Source: Octopus vulgaris | Taxonomy: Eukaryota | DNA: 64,000 nt | Direction: 5' to 3' | Assembly (NCBI GenBank): GCA_951406725.2 | Contig: OX597827.1 | Span: 70,742,001 to 70,806,000 of the forward strand | Shown: positions 1 to 12,774 of the stretch, in pieces | Position numbering within the stretch: the first letter of the stretch is position 1 | Layout: the number at the start of each line of letters is the position of its first letter | The notes under the pieces: generated by a model | Databases searched by the model: none | What the model was told of the DNA's origin: nothing | What the model saw: the letters and a program-made list of their open reading frames with translations, nothing else | Program-made: the position numbers and the translations under genes

Positions 1-213
1 AGCAGACTTTCATGATAGTTGCAGTGGAGTTTGGATCCAAGATAAGAAATTTTGAAAGTACAGCCGCCTTGTCATTTTAGTTTGTGCTTTCACAACCTTG
101 TCCCAGGGAGATAGTAGAAGAGACAATCGAAATAAAATCGATATGATACATATACAAATGCATAAATAAATGGGTGCATGTGTGTGTGTGTGTATGTATA
201 CACATTCATATAC

Positions 214-251
<38 letters not shown>

Positions 252-369
252 GTATGTATGTCTATATGTATATATGATTATGTATGTATGTATATATATA
301 TATATATATATCTGTATGTATAAATAGTATATGTATGTATATATATACATACTTATATCTATATATATA

Positions 370-778
370 GGTGCAGGAGTGGCTGTGTGGTACGTAGCTT
401 GCTAACCAACCACATGGTTCCGGGTTCAGTCCCACTGCGTGGCATCTTGGGCAAGTGTCTTCTGCTATAGCCCCGGGCCGACCAATGCCTTGTGAATGGA
501 TTTGGTAGACGGAAACTGAAAGAAGCCTGTCGTATATATGTATATATATATATGTATGTATGTGTGTGTGTCTGTGTTTGTCCCCCTAGCATTACTTGAC
601 AACCGATGCTGGTGTGTTTACATCCCCGTCACTTAGCGGTTCGGCAAAAAGAGACCGATAGAATAAGTACTGGGCTTACAAAGAATAAGTCCCGGGGTCG
701 ATTTGCTCGACTAAAGGCAGTGCTCCAGCATGGCCGCAGTCAAATGACTGAAACAAGTAAAAGAAAGAAAGAAAGAAA
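370..778 (+). mobile_element. tRNA-derived SINE, family A (full length, internal (TA)/(TG) microsatellite)
   Basis: A-box-like TGGCTGTGTGG, B-box-like GGGTTCAGTCCC, CORE-like CTTGGGCAAGTGTCTT, 3' end CATGGCCGCAGTCAAATGACTGAAACAAGTAAAAGA; about 20 copies in the window. Confidence 0.9.
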
Positions 779-794
779 ATATATATATATATCT

Positions 795-887
795 AGTGAG
801 AATTTAAAGAAAAACGATGACAGGTATGTTAACAACAAACAGATGTATTAGTTTAACGCTCAGGAAGTGAGAAAGTCTTTTACGTTT
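795..887 (-). mobile_element. Short PLE pLTR-like fragment, same family as 44923-45100
   Basis: ACAAACAGATGTATTAGT.TAACGCTCAGGAA..AAAGTCTTT shared with ~44971-45017; adjacent to a (TA)n tract. Confidence 0.55.
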
Positions 888-1427
888 GCATAATCAAATA
901 CATGTATTCTTGGAGAATTTAATCATTTTGAAACAATTATAGCAATTAATAAATAAATGTCCAACCCTACTCCTTCTTCTCAACTCCAATTTCTTCGATT
1001 TTATATTCATACACAATGAATGCCCAAATTTAAACTTGGAAGTATATAATAATACTACCGATAGTACTGGGTAGTTCTGAAGGTGAGTGAGCTTTATACT
1101 GTACTCTACCCTGTTTCTGATGGAATATAACATAACTATATATATATAATACATATGCATGTTTGTATGTATACATATATACGTGTATATAAATATATAG
1201 ACACACGCACACTTATATATATATAAGGATAGAATAAATAGAGTCAAAAGGAAGAGGGAGTACGATTCGACAGCTGTTTAATGACCACTGCGCATGTTTT
1301 GATACAACATAGATCCATATATATACTCTATAATTATTATTATTATTATTTTCAGGCAGTGACCTGTAAAATAATAATAACAACAACAATATCTAAAAAT
1401 ACCTTAGGAATGAGAACCCAGGTTCTT

Positions 1428-2760
1428 CACAGTTCTGAGATCAGCCTTCTCCACTTAGTCCTGTCTTCCTAGGTCTCCTTTTTCTACAGATAATTGGCAC
1501 TTCTTTATGCAGCTGATCTCATCCATACATGTCACATATATCCACACCAGCGCATGAGCTTTCTGATAACTCATTGTGTCCGATGGCATCACTTTGTCTC
1601 CAACAATTCGGTGTGACACCAGTGCAAAATCACCTCCCAACAAGTCATCCTAATGAGACATCTGCGTTGGCTGGGTCATGCCCTCCGTCGTCAACCAGGA
1701 GAATTCATCTATGAAGCAAGTGCCCCAGCTCCCCTTCAGGGTTAGCGAAAGCGATGTGGTGGACAACGAAAAACCTGGCTGATGACAGTCAAGGCTGATC
1801 TGGAACCCAACCTAGGCCCCCATATCTATGGCGCTCGCTGCTGGAAGGAGTGGTTGGAAATCATGCTGTCGTTAGCCTCAAATCGCCAGGTCTGGTCGGC
1901 GTTTGTGAGAGATGCAGCCTTGAGGATGAATGAAGCCAGCTCAACCCAGCCCGGGTGAATGCTGTCTCAAGACAAGACAAGACATTACATCTGATACTTC
2001 TTATATTTTTTCTCTCAGCTCATTTATGTCATTCATGCACACTTACCATTGTACATCCAGCAGAGCATTGCTGGCTCTATTTTTTTTTTTTACCAATTTT
2101 CTCATATCCTGTGCAATCATGGTTCATGTTTCACTACCATGTAGCATTGCAGTTCTGACACAAGCCTCTTATAATCTACCTTCCACTCTGTGGGAAAAGA
2201 CCTTCGTCACCTTCAATGGCTATAGCATTCTGAACTTTCTCCAACCCGTTATTACTTTGGATATTATACATTCAGAACAACCACTCTCCTTGCTGATTAT
2301 ATCTCCAAAGTAGCACAAGCTATCATCTATTACTACAGAAGTATCTGGGCATTTCAGAGAATCTCTTCGTGTATTCATAGCATAGAATGCTCCAGTGAAT
2401 CTCATATAAAACTTAGATCTTCTGTTCACATGCCTGTGATTCCACTGCATCCCTTGTGTATCAAAAGGCTTACATTAGGTACAGCATATGGAATTTGTAA
2501 CTACTACTTTTTCTCTATACTGAGTAAGGCCAATTCTCAAATGATACCAAAGACCTGTTGTTCCTATTTACTAAAACCTTAGCCTTTGTTAAGTTTACCT
2601 TGAAAGCTTTAGATTCTAGGTTTCGCTCCCATGCCAGGAATTTATGTTCTAATTCTACAATGGATTCATCTATGAGAACTATGCCATCAGCTTATAGGAG
2701 TTCTCAGAGACAGCCTGTCATAAACCTTTCTGTGTTAACCTGTAGGATTTACAGGGTAAT
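1428..2760 (-). pseudogene. Decayed RTE-clade LINE reverse transcriptase C-terminal region, interrupted by a second RTE fragment
   Basis: Minus-strand translations GCL*ELL*ADGIVLI (YADD-region remnant), LCYFGDIISKESGC..KVITGWRKF, GRL*EACVRTAMLHGSET*, resuming at ~1555 with an LRW.GHV-like remnant; many stops and frameshifts. Confidence 0.8.
1572..1984 (+). mobile_element. 5'-truncated RTE LINE 3' end with (CAAGA)n tail
   Basis: Translation VRWHHFVSN..RHLRWLGHALRR..RKRCGGQRKTWLMTVKADLE..LASNRQVWSAFVRD..SSTQPG*, followed by CAAGACAAGACAAGACA. Confidence 0.85.
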
Positions 2761-3502
2761 TCTGATAATTTATTAAACCCAGGAACACTTGGACCAAGAA
2801 TGCTTACATAACCATCTAAATAAATATATAGACTGAGACCCTATAACCTTGGCCATTTCTCTGATCTTATATAAAAGAATAAGATTTTTGAATTAAATTA
2901 TGTGAATAATCACTGCTTTCTTACTTTTACTTTTTTTTTTGTTTTTGCAATAAGTGGGCGGATCTATGATTAAAGGTATTCCAGCCTTTTCCATTTCGTC
3001 TTCCTACCAAAACACAATACACTTAAGACTTCACTGTCTCTGACAGTAAGACGTGATCTCGAAGGAAATTTAGCTTCTGTTTCTAGCGGCTGGAACCATC
3101 GTGTGGTGACTTTGCGAATGTATTTAAGGAAGAGAGATAATCGAATAGCAAGGGAAACAATTTAAAGGGAGATAATGACATAAATGTAAGGGACGCAACT
3201 TCGTTAAAAATTGGGTGTGCAGCTCGATTACACTCCCCTCCTAAATAAAATATACCTTTTTGACTCGGCAAAGACTTTTTTTTATTGATCTTCGTATTGA
3301 CTTTCTTACATACTTCATTAGGGAACTCATTTTATCGATGTTTGTCGAATGGTAAAATTTTCCGTTTTTAGTGTTATGGAAATGAAACTCAACACACCGC
3401 CTCATAGTGGTATTTACATACGCGCATACACATATTTACACACACACATGTACACATATACACGTAGCATTCTCTCACTCGAGATATATATATATATACA
3501 TA

Positions 3503-3730
3503 TATTTTCTTTACTGCCCACAAGGGGCTAAACATAGAGGGGACAAACAAGGACAGACGAAGGGATTAAGTCGATTATATCGACCCCAGTGCGTAACTGG
3601 TGTTTATTTATCGACCCCGAAAGGATGAAAGGCAAAGTCAACCTCAGCAGAATTTAAACTCAGAACGTAACGACAGACGAAATACCGACAAGCATTCCTC
3701 CCGGCGCGCTAACGTTTCTGCCAGCTCGCC
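3503..3730 (-). mobile_element. SINE family B
   Basis: Reverse complement of GGCGAGCTGGCAGAAACGTTAGC...GACTTTGCCTTTCATCCTTTCGGGGTCGATAAA...AGCCCCTTGTGGG; more than 15 copies in the window. Confidence 0.9.
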
Positions 3731-3833
3731 TTATATATATGTATTGTGTATATATATATATATATAAAATAAATATAAGAGAGTGGTCACTATATGGCTC
3801 ACTCTAGCACCAGTTAATCCAAAAGGTTTCAAC

Positions 3834-3869
<36 letters not shown>

Positions 3870-3929
3870 TAATTAGCAGAAGCCAGAGAGTGGCTCAAGG
3901 TCCGGGAGTTTCGTGTGTTGGTACATACC

Positions 3930-4764
3930 CGAGGTGATATCAAAAAGTTCCAAGACTATTTATGTTTAATAAAAAATAATTTATTTACCAAAATTTTAAC
4001 ATCATCTCCTTCGAGCAATACACCACTCCCACCATTTCTGCCATCTTTGGAATCCAGCCTGGAGGTCGTTTACCAAAAGCGAGTCGAGGACCTTCTGCGA
4101 TTCTCTCTTGATCTCGACAACGGTGTTAAAAGCTGCGTTTTGAGATTTGAGAAGAGATGGGAGTCTGAAAGTGCTAAATCTGGCGAAAAGGATGGGTGAA
4201 GAAGCGATACCATGTTATTTTTGGCGAGAAACTCACGAATGAGGAGGACTCGGTGGCAAAGTGCATTGTCGCCGTGGAGAATCCAATTCTTCCAGGACTT
4301 TAGGATTGCCTGCCTGGACCCATACGACGAACCAACAACACCAGAAATGTGACAATCCTCACGCACATTTCCGAGGGTGTCGCTCGGGACAAGTGTTCCA
4401 GCTCGCTCGTCGTCTTCTATGGACGTTCTGCCGCTTTTGAAGCGCCCATGACGCTCGATACATTGCATACGACCCGTCGCCGTAAGCTTACCGAAGCATG
4501 CTCAATGTCTGTGTAGCAAACTTCCCAAGTTTAACGCAAAATTTCACATTGGCTTTTTGTTTTTGTCCATAACAATATCGCAGACTACAGCGCACACGTG
4601 ATCACAAAATCACAAATTTTACAACTTCCGAAGTAAACACAGTGATGTCACTCATCACACTGCTTCATAAAGGTAACTGGTAGCTCTCACTCCGCACGCA
4701 ACAGTGTGCTGCCATCTGTTGGCGCGCTACAGAACTAGTTCGGAAACATTTTGATACCACCTCG
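3930..4764 (-). mobile_element. Internally deleted mariner (Tc1/mariner) transposon
   Basis: Imperfect TIRs CGAGGTGATATCAAAAAGTTCC / GGAAACATTTTGATACCACCTCG|TA; ORF 4070-4468 contains W.LHGDNA.CH and HPSFSPDLALSD.HLF (YSPDLAP.D motif), plus RFKSGRTSIEDDER. Confidence 0.9.
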
Positions 4765-5440
4765 TAGGCGTATCTTGTGAAATGCTTGAAATACGGATTA
4801 GAAAAACAATCGACAATCGTGTAAAGGGGTTCCTACCCCCTCGTAGAATGGTGTAAGAATTGAATGCAAGGTTGCCTTGAAAAGAGCCATGTTATTGTTC
4901 TCATAATTGTAAGAATTTGATAGTCGTGGAAGGCGGCGTAAAACGTTCGCAGGTGAATAGGGTCTCTTCGTTTTCCACGAACGGCAGCGGATGTGCTGTT
5001 ACAAAACTTCATGCTGTGTTAAAAGAGAATGGATGCCTTATGTAGGCAAGAGGGGAATGAAGCATGGGTAAGTAAATACGGGTAATTTATAAAATATAGA
5101 ACAATAGCATCTACTCACCATATGTCAGACCGGCAAGACTGTAGTGGTGCTGAATAGATGAATCACAACACAGTGGTGGAGATGTTTTCATTGATGGGCG
5201 TTATGATTAAATTTGTTGTTGTATAAAATGATCTGTTGCTTAGTTTCCAAAGTGTATGTTGCGATCGTGTTGTCGCTTATGTAAACTTTAACAGTGAGAG
5301 TGTAGATGTGTCATGTACGTTGGATATAGAAGATGAGGCTGGTGGTTTAATGATGAATGGATAGAAATAGAGGTGAGCAAAGGACAGGTGTTGGTTAAGT
5401 GTGAATTAATGTCATGAAACGCCTAAAAATGTAAATGCCA

Positions 5441-7502
5441 TCATAAAAGAGAGTCGTATGTAAGTGAAATACTAACGTGTTCGAAAATGATGAAACGTAG
5501 TAATCCTATAAAACCTCCTTGTACACAATGTTTTTTTGTTTTTCGTTGTGGAACGAATGCGAAAGCATCACTGTTGCTGCCGACACGCGAGCGGGCAACA
5601 TAAAGCTGACCATGAGAGAAACATGGCTCTCCCAAATGTATTCCCGCCACAGACAGTGTTTGACCCTGCGCTTTGTTAATTGACATTGCGAAACATAGCC
5701 TTACTGGGAACTGGGACCTCCGAAATATGAATGGTAGGTCTGCTCCTGATGGGAAAAGATGCATCCTAGGTATGAGCACAACGTTGCCTCGACCACACCC
5801 TGTGATAATGGTGGCCTCAATCAGATTGGGAGATAAGGACTTAACGATCAAACGTGTGCCATTGCATTGTTTTGGGGGAACCAAATTTCTAATGAGCATT
5901 ATAGGGGCACCAACTTTAAGTTTGAGAATGTGTGGTGGTAGTCCGGGGGCTCAAAGGAATTGAGTACCTCTATTGGATAGTTGATGACGTCCTCTGGGTC
6001 AGGAGTTGTATCGATAGACTTATATACATAGACATCCCCAGGAATGAGTTTTAGCATTTCATCATTAATATGGTGAACAGTTTTATTCCTCGGGGCCAGA
6101 ATAGCCCTTTGGCCAATCCAATCCATATTCTGATAATTAGCTTGTAGATCTGGGAACAGATTTAAAAGGCGTTTTAACAATGGTACAAATGGAATCGATG
6201 GCAATATTACCATTTTCATCCCCTGGTATTCTGCCTTCGCCAAGTGCAAGGAGGGTGTGAGAAAATGCTGCTGATGTGATATCACGTCGCATATGAGCAC
6301 GCATATTGGTGTGAAGTTTGAGAGTCTTCACCAGTGGCTACAATGTGGATGACTTAAGACACGCACTTACTGCATCAGCTCTAGTCCCTTTGCGAATAAC
6401 GGGAAGTGTTTGTCGGAAGTCCCCTGAAAGAAGAAGTGTTAGGCCTCCCATGGGAGCTGAAGAGTGTTTGATGTCTCTGAGAGATCTATCTAGTGCCTCA
6501 AGAGCACCTCTGTGGGCCATCGTGCATTCATCCCAAACGATAAGCTTGCATCGTCTGAAGACTTCTGCCTGATCGGAGCTGTTACTGATGTTGCAAGTTG
6601 GTGTCTCAGTCTTCGCTAAGTCAAGCGGGAGCTTGAAAGTGGAGTGAGCTGTCCTGCCGCCTGGCAACGAAATAGCCGCAATTCCAGATGATGCCACAGC
6701 TAGGGCAATGCCTTGTGTTCGCCTAATCTCAGCCAATATTAATTTATTGACAAAAGTTTTCTCAGTGCCCCCAGGAGCGTCCAGGAAAAAATTCCCCCCA
6801 GCTTTGGCCCGGACTGAATTAACAACGGAGTTGTAAGCGAACTTCTGTTCTGGAAGGAGCTTTGGCTCATTGTCAGCTATGTAGTCGGTAAGCTCGTCAA
6901 CATTAAAACATGTTTCACGCAGCAAATGTGAAGACAGAGTGTTTGTGCCTTCCCGGTTTGTTGAAGGTAGGCCATAGACCGGCAAGGCACTACCGCCCAT
7001 ATCAAGTACAGTATCTTCGATTTCAAGCAGCGCCCTGTTGTAAATGAGGTCAGTGTACCCGACCTCCATTGATGGATGTAGTGATTGAGCGTGACGCAGG
7101 AAATCTTCAGACATATAATCTTTGTAGGTAAGCCACAAAGAGGCGGGATCAGCCAAGTCACACCATAGTAATAGAATAGCGAAAAGCGATCTAATTTTTT
7201 TTAGGAGATTTTAACGAAACCCCCTCCGCCATAGTGGCGCCCCATTGTGAATCATCCTCCAAAAGTCGACGCCGAAAACAGGCTTCGCGGAAAGTATCAC
7301 ATAATACACCATCAACAGCTATGATGTCTTGAAAACTTTGTGGGCCTAAAACCTCATGGAGGAGAAGGCGCAGGTGAAAACACTCATGTTGGTTTGGAGG
7401 TACAGTGTAGACTTTTCCTAGACAACTGTTAAACATGACACCAGGATGTCCTTCAACATCCTGACCCGACTTCCTACGCACCCAATTGTTGTTTGACCAC
7501 AC
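5441..7502 (-). pseudogene. Helitron Rep/Hel protein C-terminal part (PIF1-family SF1 helicase), frameshifted
   Basis: Consecutive ORFs: VYTVPP..ECFHLRLLL..GPQSF..TFREAC..LLEDD.QW; FFLDAPGGTEKTF (Walker A with G>E), VASSGIAA.LPGGRTAHS.FKLP, IVWDECTM, GDFRQTLP; AILAPRN; [38 protein letters not shown]. Confidence 0.95.
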
Positions 7503-7574
7503 GTAGTAGGACGGTTATTAGTTGTAGTGATAGAGTGTTTATGCCGAATATGTACGTATGCATGTATATATATG

Positions 7575-7730
7575 TATGTATGCCTGTATATATGTACAAA
7601 ATCCACTGAGAAGGCTTTTGTTGGTCTGAAGCTACAGCAGAAGACACGTGCCAAGTCACCACACAGTGGGACTGAACCCAGGTCCATGTGTTTGGAACGT
7701 AGTTTGTTACCACACAGCCACACCTGCCCC
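7575..7730 (-). mobile_element. SINE family A, 5' part, inside the Helitron
   Basis: Reverse complement of the A-family head (GGGACTGAACCC..TTACCACACAGCCAC). Confidence 0.75.
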
Positions 7731-8754
7731 TATGTATGTGTGTGTGTGTGCGTATGTGTGTATGGGTAGATATCTTATGCATGTATATATGTGTACATAT
7801 TGCATGTACATCTATATATATACATCTACACATAAAATACAAAATACAAAGTTATATCTTGATATCGCTAGTGATAACAATACTCAAAATATATAACAGA
7901 CTGGAATTGTAGGCCCGTCTCTTGCAATTTCGATCAATTGGATCTTGTCCTCCCTCTTGTATAAAAGTGTACGGCTGCAGCGAAATTCATTTTTGGACTT
8001 TCTTCTATCGAAGGCATTTAAACAAAAATGCTTCCGTAAAGACGGTGAAAATATTGTCAATTTCCCCAAACAGGGACACAATTCAATTTTTAAACAATAA
8101 CCAAAGCCTCTTCTCCGAAAGGGGGAGGGTTACGGTTTATAATTATTTAACAAATGCAACACAACAACGTTTCCCTGACGAGGAACCAACAAATGTGATT
8201 ACAATAGTCAAACAGTAATAATAATAACAACAAACCTTTTTAATTTATCCCCATTTATGTGAAACCACTTATTCAAGTTCAAGTCATTGATGCAATTTTA
8301 TACGAATTGCTAATACACACATAATAAGGGTGAAAAATTGAATATTAATTTGATTAATATGAATTGAAAACCAGTGGTGTAGCATATAAGACCATAGCGG
8401 ATCTTCCTCTAGCAAAAAGGATGACCAGTATTAATGGCTCATCCCTGTTATATAAATACATTCACTTTAATTGTTGCACACTTGCAAAGAGAAAGTAGGA
8501 GAAAGTGTGGTGGTAATGGAAGGAGTGAAGCACTTGAAATGAGAGAGGCAAATCGTAAAATATTGAGTTTTCTCGAATTTTTGCTTAATTGGGGGTCAAA
8601 TTGAAAAAAACTTTACATGCCATGACCCAATCGAATCTACTTGGAAAAATCATAGGTAAATTCCAATTGAAGAAATTCTATATTGTAGAATTGTATTAAA
8701 AAGAAACATGGGAACAGGCAGAGAAATCTGCCTTTTATCATAAGATATATATAT

Positions 8755-8908
8755 ATATACGACGGGCTTCTTTCAGTTTCCGTCCACCAAATCCACTCAC
8801 AATGTTTTGGTCAGCCCAGAACTATATTAGAAGACACTTGCCCAAGGTGCCACACAGTGGGACTGAGCCCGAAACCATGTGGTTGGTAAGCAAACTTCTT
8901 ACCACACA
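8755..8908 (-). mobile_element. SINE family A, 5' part
   Basis: GGGCTTCTTTCAGTTTCCGTC..GAAGACACTTGCCCAAGG..TTACCACAC. Confidence 0.85.
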
Positions 8909-9148
8909 TCCTGTTAAAATATGCCATCAACCATATAGTTTTCACAGAGTGTTAGACTTAGAAGCAACCCCATGACTCCTTTCAGTAAGTTATCGTAAAA
9001 CTAAATATTCTTTGTGAATGTCAATGTATCTGTGGCTTTAACAATTGAAGGCTGTCTCGTTTGTCAGGTGGCATTTGGAAATATCATCGTATCGCTGAAT
9101 ATCTATGGTGAATGCGGAATATTATATAATGGTTTCATATGCATTTAG

Positions 9149-9191
<43 letters not shown>

Positions 9192-9320
9192 ACGCACGGA
9201 GGCGTGCAAACCGAATCTTCGTTGTCGCAGTAACCTCTTGTGAAAGATTATGTGTGTACGTGTACGTGTGTACATACGTATTTGCGTATTTATTTTCGAA
9301 TGTTTGTATGTATATGTATG

Positions 9321-9402
<82 letters not shown>

Positions 9403-9421
9403 TATATATGCGTGTGTGTAT

Positions 9422-9606
9422 AGGCGTGGCTGTGTAGCATGGGCGTAGGCATGGCTTTATGGTAGGAAGCATGCTTCCCAACTACATGGTTCTGGGTTCA
9501 GTCCCGCTGCGTGGCCCCTTGGGTAATTGTCTTCTACTATAGCCTTGGACCGATCAAAGTCTTTCCAGTGGATTTAGTAGACGGAAACTGAAAGAAGCCT
9601 GTTGTA
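9422..9606 (+). mobile_element. SINE family A, 5' part
   Basis: GGGTTCAGTCCCGCTGCGTGGC..GACGGAAACTGAAAGAAGCCTG. Confidence 0.8.
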
Positions 9607-9950
9607 TATATATATATAGCTTAAAATGTTACTTTTTTAACTATAATTTTTGGTTTGTTTGGACTCTTAACAACATTCATTTTAATTTATATTTGTCTTG
9701 GGGTTGTATCATACAACCCCAATATATATATATATATATATATATATAGGAAAAATATACAGGGTAGGAAAATTATAGAAATTTTTCTACCAATGCCCTA
9801 GCGTGCAGAAAATAGTCGATAAGCTATATATTATTCATATAAAATTAATTTACATTTAAACATTGCGCGGTGGATTTGAAAAATTATAATATATAATGAT
9901 GAGACATGCGCTATTTTGCCTCATAATTATATGTTAATCTTTGGCATACC

Positions 9951-10015
9951 CGCTGATGAGAACTTCGCCCAGCAAATTATTTTATTTGCTAATTAAAGTT
10001 CGAAATCATGGTCCG
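9951..10015 (+). ncRNA. Hammerhead ribozyme-like motif with long helix II
   Basis: CG-CTGATGA-GAACTT..(AGCAAAT/ATTTGCT)..AAGTTC-GAAA-TCATGG-TC-CG; helix I only about 2 bp. Confidence 0.6.
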
Positions 10016-10532
10016 ATAACAAAATATTATAAATGTTTTTATTTTCTATTCCCTTCGAAATTACCACTAACCGTGGTTTGGATTTTGACTGGTTCTTCTA
10101 GCATGTTAGGTGTCCTGTCAAGGCCCTCTTATGTGTTTAAATGTATACTAATTATATACATATATAAGGCCAGACTATAACAAAACACTGAGTCAATGAG
10201 AGATAGAACAATATGTTTCGTTGTATAATGAAACAAGAGAAGAACAAGAAAGAGATATATGAAAAGCGGGAAAACGACAGATATCTAGGTTTATTGATCC
10301 AATAAAAAGTTGCAGAATATAAATATGTATGGCTATGTGTATGTAGGTATAAGTGTATACGTATGTGTCTATATATGTGTGTGTGCCTGTGTGTGTGTGT
10401 TTGTGTATCTTTTATCTTTTACTTGTTTCAGTCAAACGATGGTGGATTGACAGAGATACAAGGACTCACACATAAAGTTATGTGTGTGCGTGTGTATGTA
10501 TACATATGCATGCATGTATGTATGTATGCATG

Positions 10533-10632
<100 letters not shown>

Positions 10633-10792
10633 AATTTGTGTAAATGTGTATAGAATAATGTATCAGTCGAATAGAGTTACAACATGGTCTGGTTTTCACC
10701 TTTTGCATTATTGTATTTTTTTAAAAAGATCTTTTACAATGTTGAAGTGTGTTAAAACTTTTAAAAAATATTTAGTAATGTTCATAAAGTTC

Positions 10793-10830
10793 AATTAGCG
10801 CTTTCATACGTTCGTAGTAATCATCAGATA
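10793..10830 (-). ncRNA. Minimal hammerhead ribozyme-like motif
   Basis: Minus strand AT-CTGATGA-TTACTACGAACGTAT-GAAA-GCGC-TA-AT; palindromic helix III; weak helix I. Confidence 0.6.
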
Positions 10831-11189
10831 TCAAAATGCATTAACCGACAGTTGTGTTGAGTGCTTGACAACTGTAGTAAAATGACTGGCTTCTTCCTTT
10901 TTATACCTTCTAGAAGGCTCCGACAAGCTGAATTTTTCGAATACGGTTTTGACCAATCAGCATGCAGTTAAACGTCACGATTTGCCAAGCGCACCGATAT
11001 TAATGGTATAGATTCCACCTTTATCTTTAACCAATTAGCTTGCAGTTTACATGTAATCGTTTTCTGGGTGAACAAACTTTGTTGGTTTCGATCGTTTTTA
11101 TTTCGATCGGTGTGAGTCTTTTGTAATTTGTTTATATTCATATTTTTAATCCACATCATTAACTGGTTGTTATATTATTGTTGTTCTTT

Positions 11190-11490
11190 CCGTTCATAAC
11201 AAGTTTGAACATTTTAATAAAACGTTTTTCTTTTATCTTTCTTCCAACCTCACTTGCGTCATGTAGTTTGTGGAAAGGAAAAATTAGAAACATTTTCTGA
11301 TCACGTTTCAATATGTTCGCTCAGTAGAATTTGGCGAACATTAGTTTTTCGGATTTGTTGTCTGTAAACTTGTGAGCGTTCCGATAATGCATTCCCTGTC
11401 TCGCCAAATTATTGTTCCTCGCAATTCGGGCATTTAATGCAGTAGAATAAATTTCTGCTTTTGCAGTTCATATCTGGATTTGCAAAAAAT
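11190..11490 (-). pseudogene. Penelope GIY-YIG endonuclease remnant
   Basis: MNCKSRNLFYCIKCPNCEEQ*FGETGNALSERSQVYRQQIR..RQILLSEHIE..(frameshift)FLIFPFHKL..RKIKEKRFIKMFK; matches the NLIY.I.C..C..YIGET...R pattern. Confidence 0.85.
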
Positions 11491-11559
11491 TATTCATTTT
11501 TTGTTCTAATGGATCTATCAGTATGCATCTATTGACACATTCCACATCTGTTATCATCG

Positions 11560-11823
11560 AAGACCGGTGATTGTCGTGCGCTGACGACGGGTAAATACCC
11601 AGAAACACGGGTCCGTGCGTTTCACGTCAGGTCGACGATGGGAAGGATGGCTTCCCTTTGCAAATACTGATAGGACACAGAAAGTGTGTCAATAGCCAGC
11701 TGGAGATGTTCTCCTTGGGCTACAAGCTACAGTAGCATCCACCCTTACTGGTTAGCCACATTTAAGTGGCAAATGTACTTCACGTTGTCGTGCAGCTACT
11801 GTTTATTACCTCCCTCAGAGATT

Positions 11824-11828
<5 letters not shown>
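11560..11828 (+). mobile_element. PLE pLTR-like segment (family shared with 24571-25089)
   Basis: Hammerhead followed by CAAATACTGA.AGGACACAGA.AGTGTGTC.ATAGCCAGCTGGAG..CTACAGTAGCATCCACCCTTA..; ends at (TA)n. Confidence 0.75.
11575..11619 (+). ncRNA. Minimal type-I hammerhead ribozyme
   Basis: CGTGCG-CTGACGA-C.GGGTA-AA-TACCC.A-GAAA-CACGGG-TC-CGTGCG; 6-bp helix I with two G-U pairs, GUC cleavage triplet. Confidence 0.8.
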
Positions 11829-11871
<43 letters not shown>

Positions 11872-11900
11872 TACACACACACACACACACTCACAAGCAC

Positions 11901-11959
<59 letters not shown>

Positions 11960-11990
11960 TGTATATCTATACATACGTCTATTTATCTAA

Positions 11991-12076
11991 AACACTGATG
12001 GGGTAAAGTGCAAGATTGCATATCCCTACAACTATTATGCAATTATTGCGGTATGTTCCTGAAACGCGTGTATGTT
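11991..12076 (+). ncRNA. Hammerhead-like motif with ~59-nt helix II domain
   Basis: AACA-CTGATGG-[GG..ATTGCATA/TATGCAAT..CCT]-GAAA-CGCGTG-TA-TGTT. Confidence 0.65.
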
Positions 12077-12111
12077 CTGTAAAGCATTAAATAGCATGAC
12101 TTTTGTCCATA

Positions 12112-12774
<663 letters not shown>

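Larger units (their letters stand above)
3873..8745 (-). mobile_element. Decayed Helitron with putative termini
   Basis: Minus strand starts A|TCTTATGATAAAAGGCAGAT (homologous to 45190-45370) and ends with an AGCCA-ctctc-TGGCT hairpin then CTAA|T; contains a Rep/helicase pseudogene. The link between termini and ORF is inferred. Confidence 0.6.
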
